Positions 24,716 to 24,728 of a stretch of 24,728 bases of DNA are shown piece by piece. The stretch covers positions 1 through 24,728 of the forward strand of contig DAOWGI010000056.1 of the NCBI GenBank assembly GCA_030637655.1, in the 5' to 3' direction. The first letter of the stretch is position 1, and each line of letters begins with the position of its first letter. The DNA comes from a candidate division FCPU426 bacterium (lineage in GTDB: Bacteria > Oederibacteriota > JAAXVQ01 > JAUVAV01). The position numbers and the translations under genes were made by a program. The notes under the pieces were generated by a model. That model worked only from the letters and a program-made list of their open reading frames with translations. It was not told where the DNA came from and did no database searches.

Positions 24716-24728
24716 ATGCATAAAAAAA
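24716..24728 (+). CDS. Probable start of a divergent gene (MHKK..., runs off window)
   Basis: AAAGGAG RBS followed by ATG at 24716; only four codons are visible. Confidence 0.4.

Overview
Bacterial cell-envelope region of a diderm, FCB-like organism (inferred from T9SS-type C-terminal sorting domains, PorV-like barrels and LPS enzymes). All confidently called genes lie on the minus strand. In transcription order (right to left): a 5'-truncated FnIII/Ig protein with a T9SS-type C-terminal domain (CTD), PorV-family barrel 1, an Asp-box (BNR) beta-propeller protein with a CTD, PorV-family barrel 2, a secreted 'INYxGxLT'-domain tail-collar/HxH fibre protein, two GT-C (ArnT/PMT-like) glycosyltransferases each fused to a DUF2993/LmeA-like C-terminal domain, a gene remnant, a small CTD protein, a second fibre protein and a third, AT-rich GT-C. 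Next comes an LPS block (polysaccharide deacetylase, O-antigen ligase-GT9 fusion, GT9) flanked by two MITE-like elements with shared ends but different internal hairpins. Last is a TetR / MMPL-RND / LolA-like / DUF1302-like transport operon that runs off the left edge. Four GTAG-type REP-like palindromes are present, one of them inside a coding region. The strongest candidate for an undescribed system is the repeated module of T9SS-type component + signal-peptide-bearing phage-fibre-like protein + GT-C. All family assignments come from motif recognition by eye, not from database searches.
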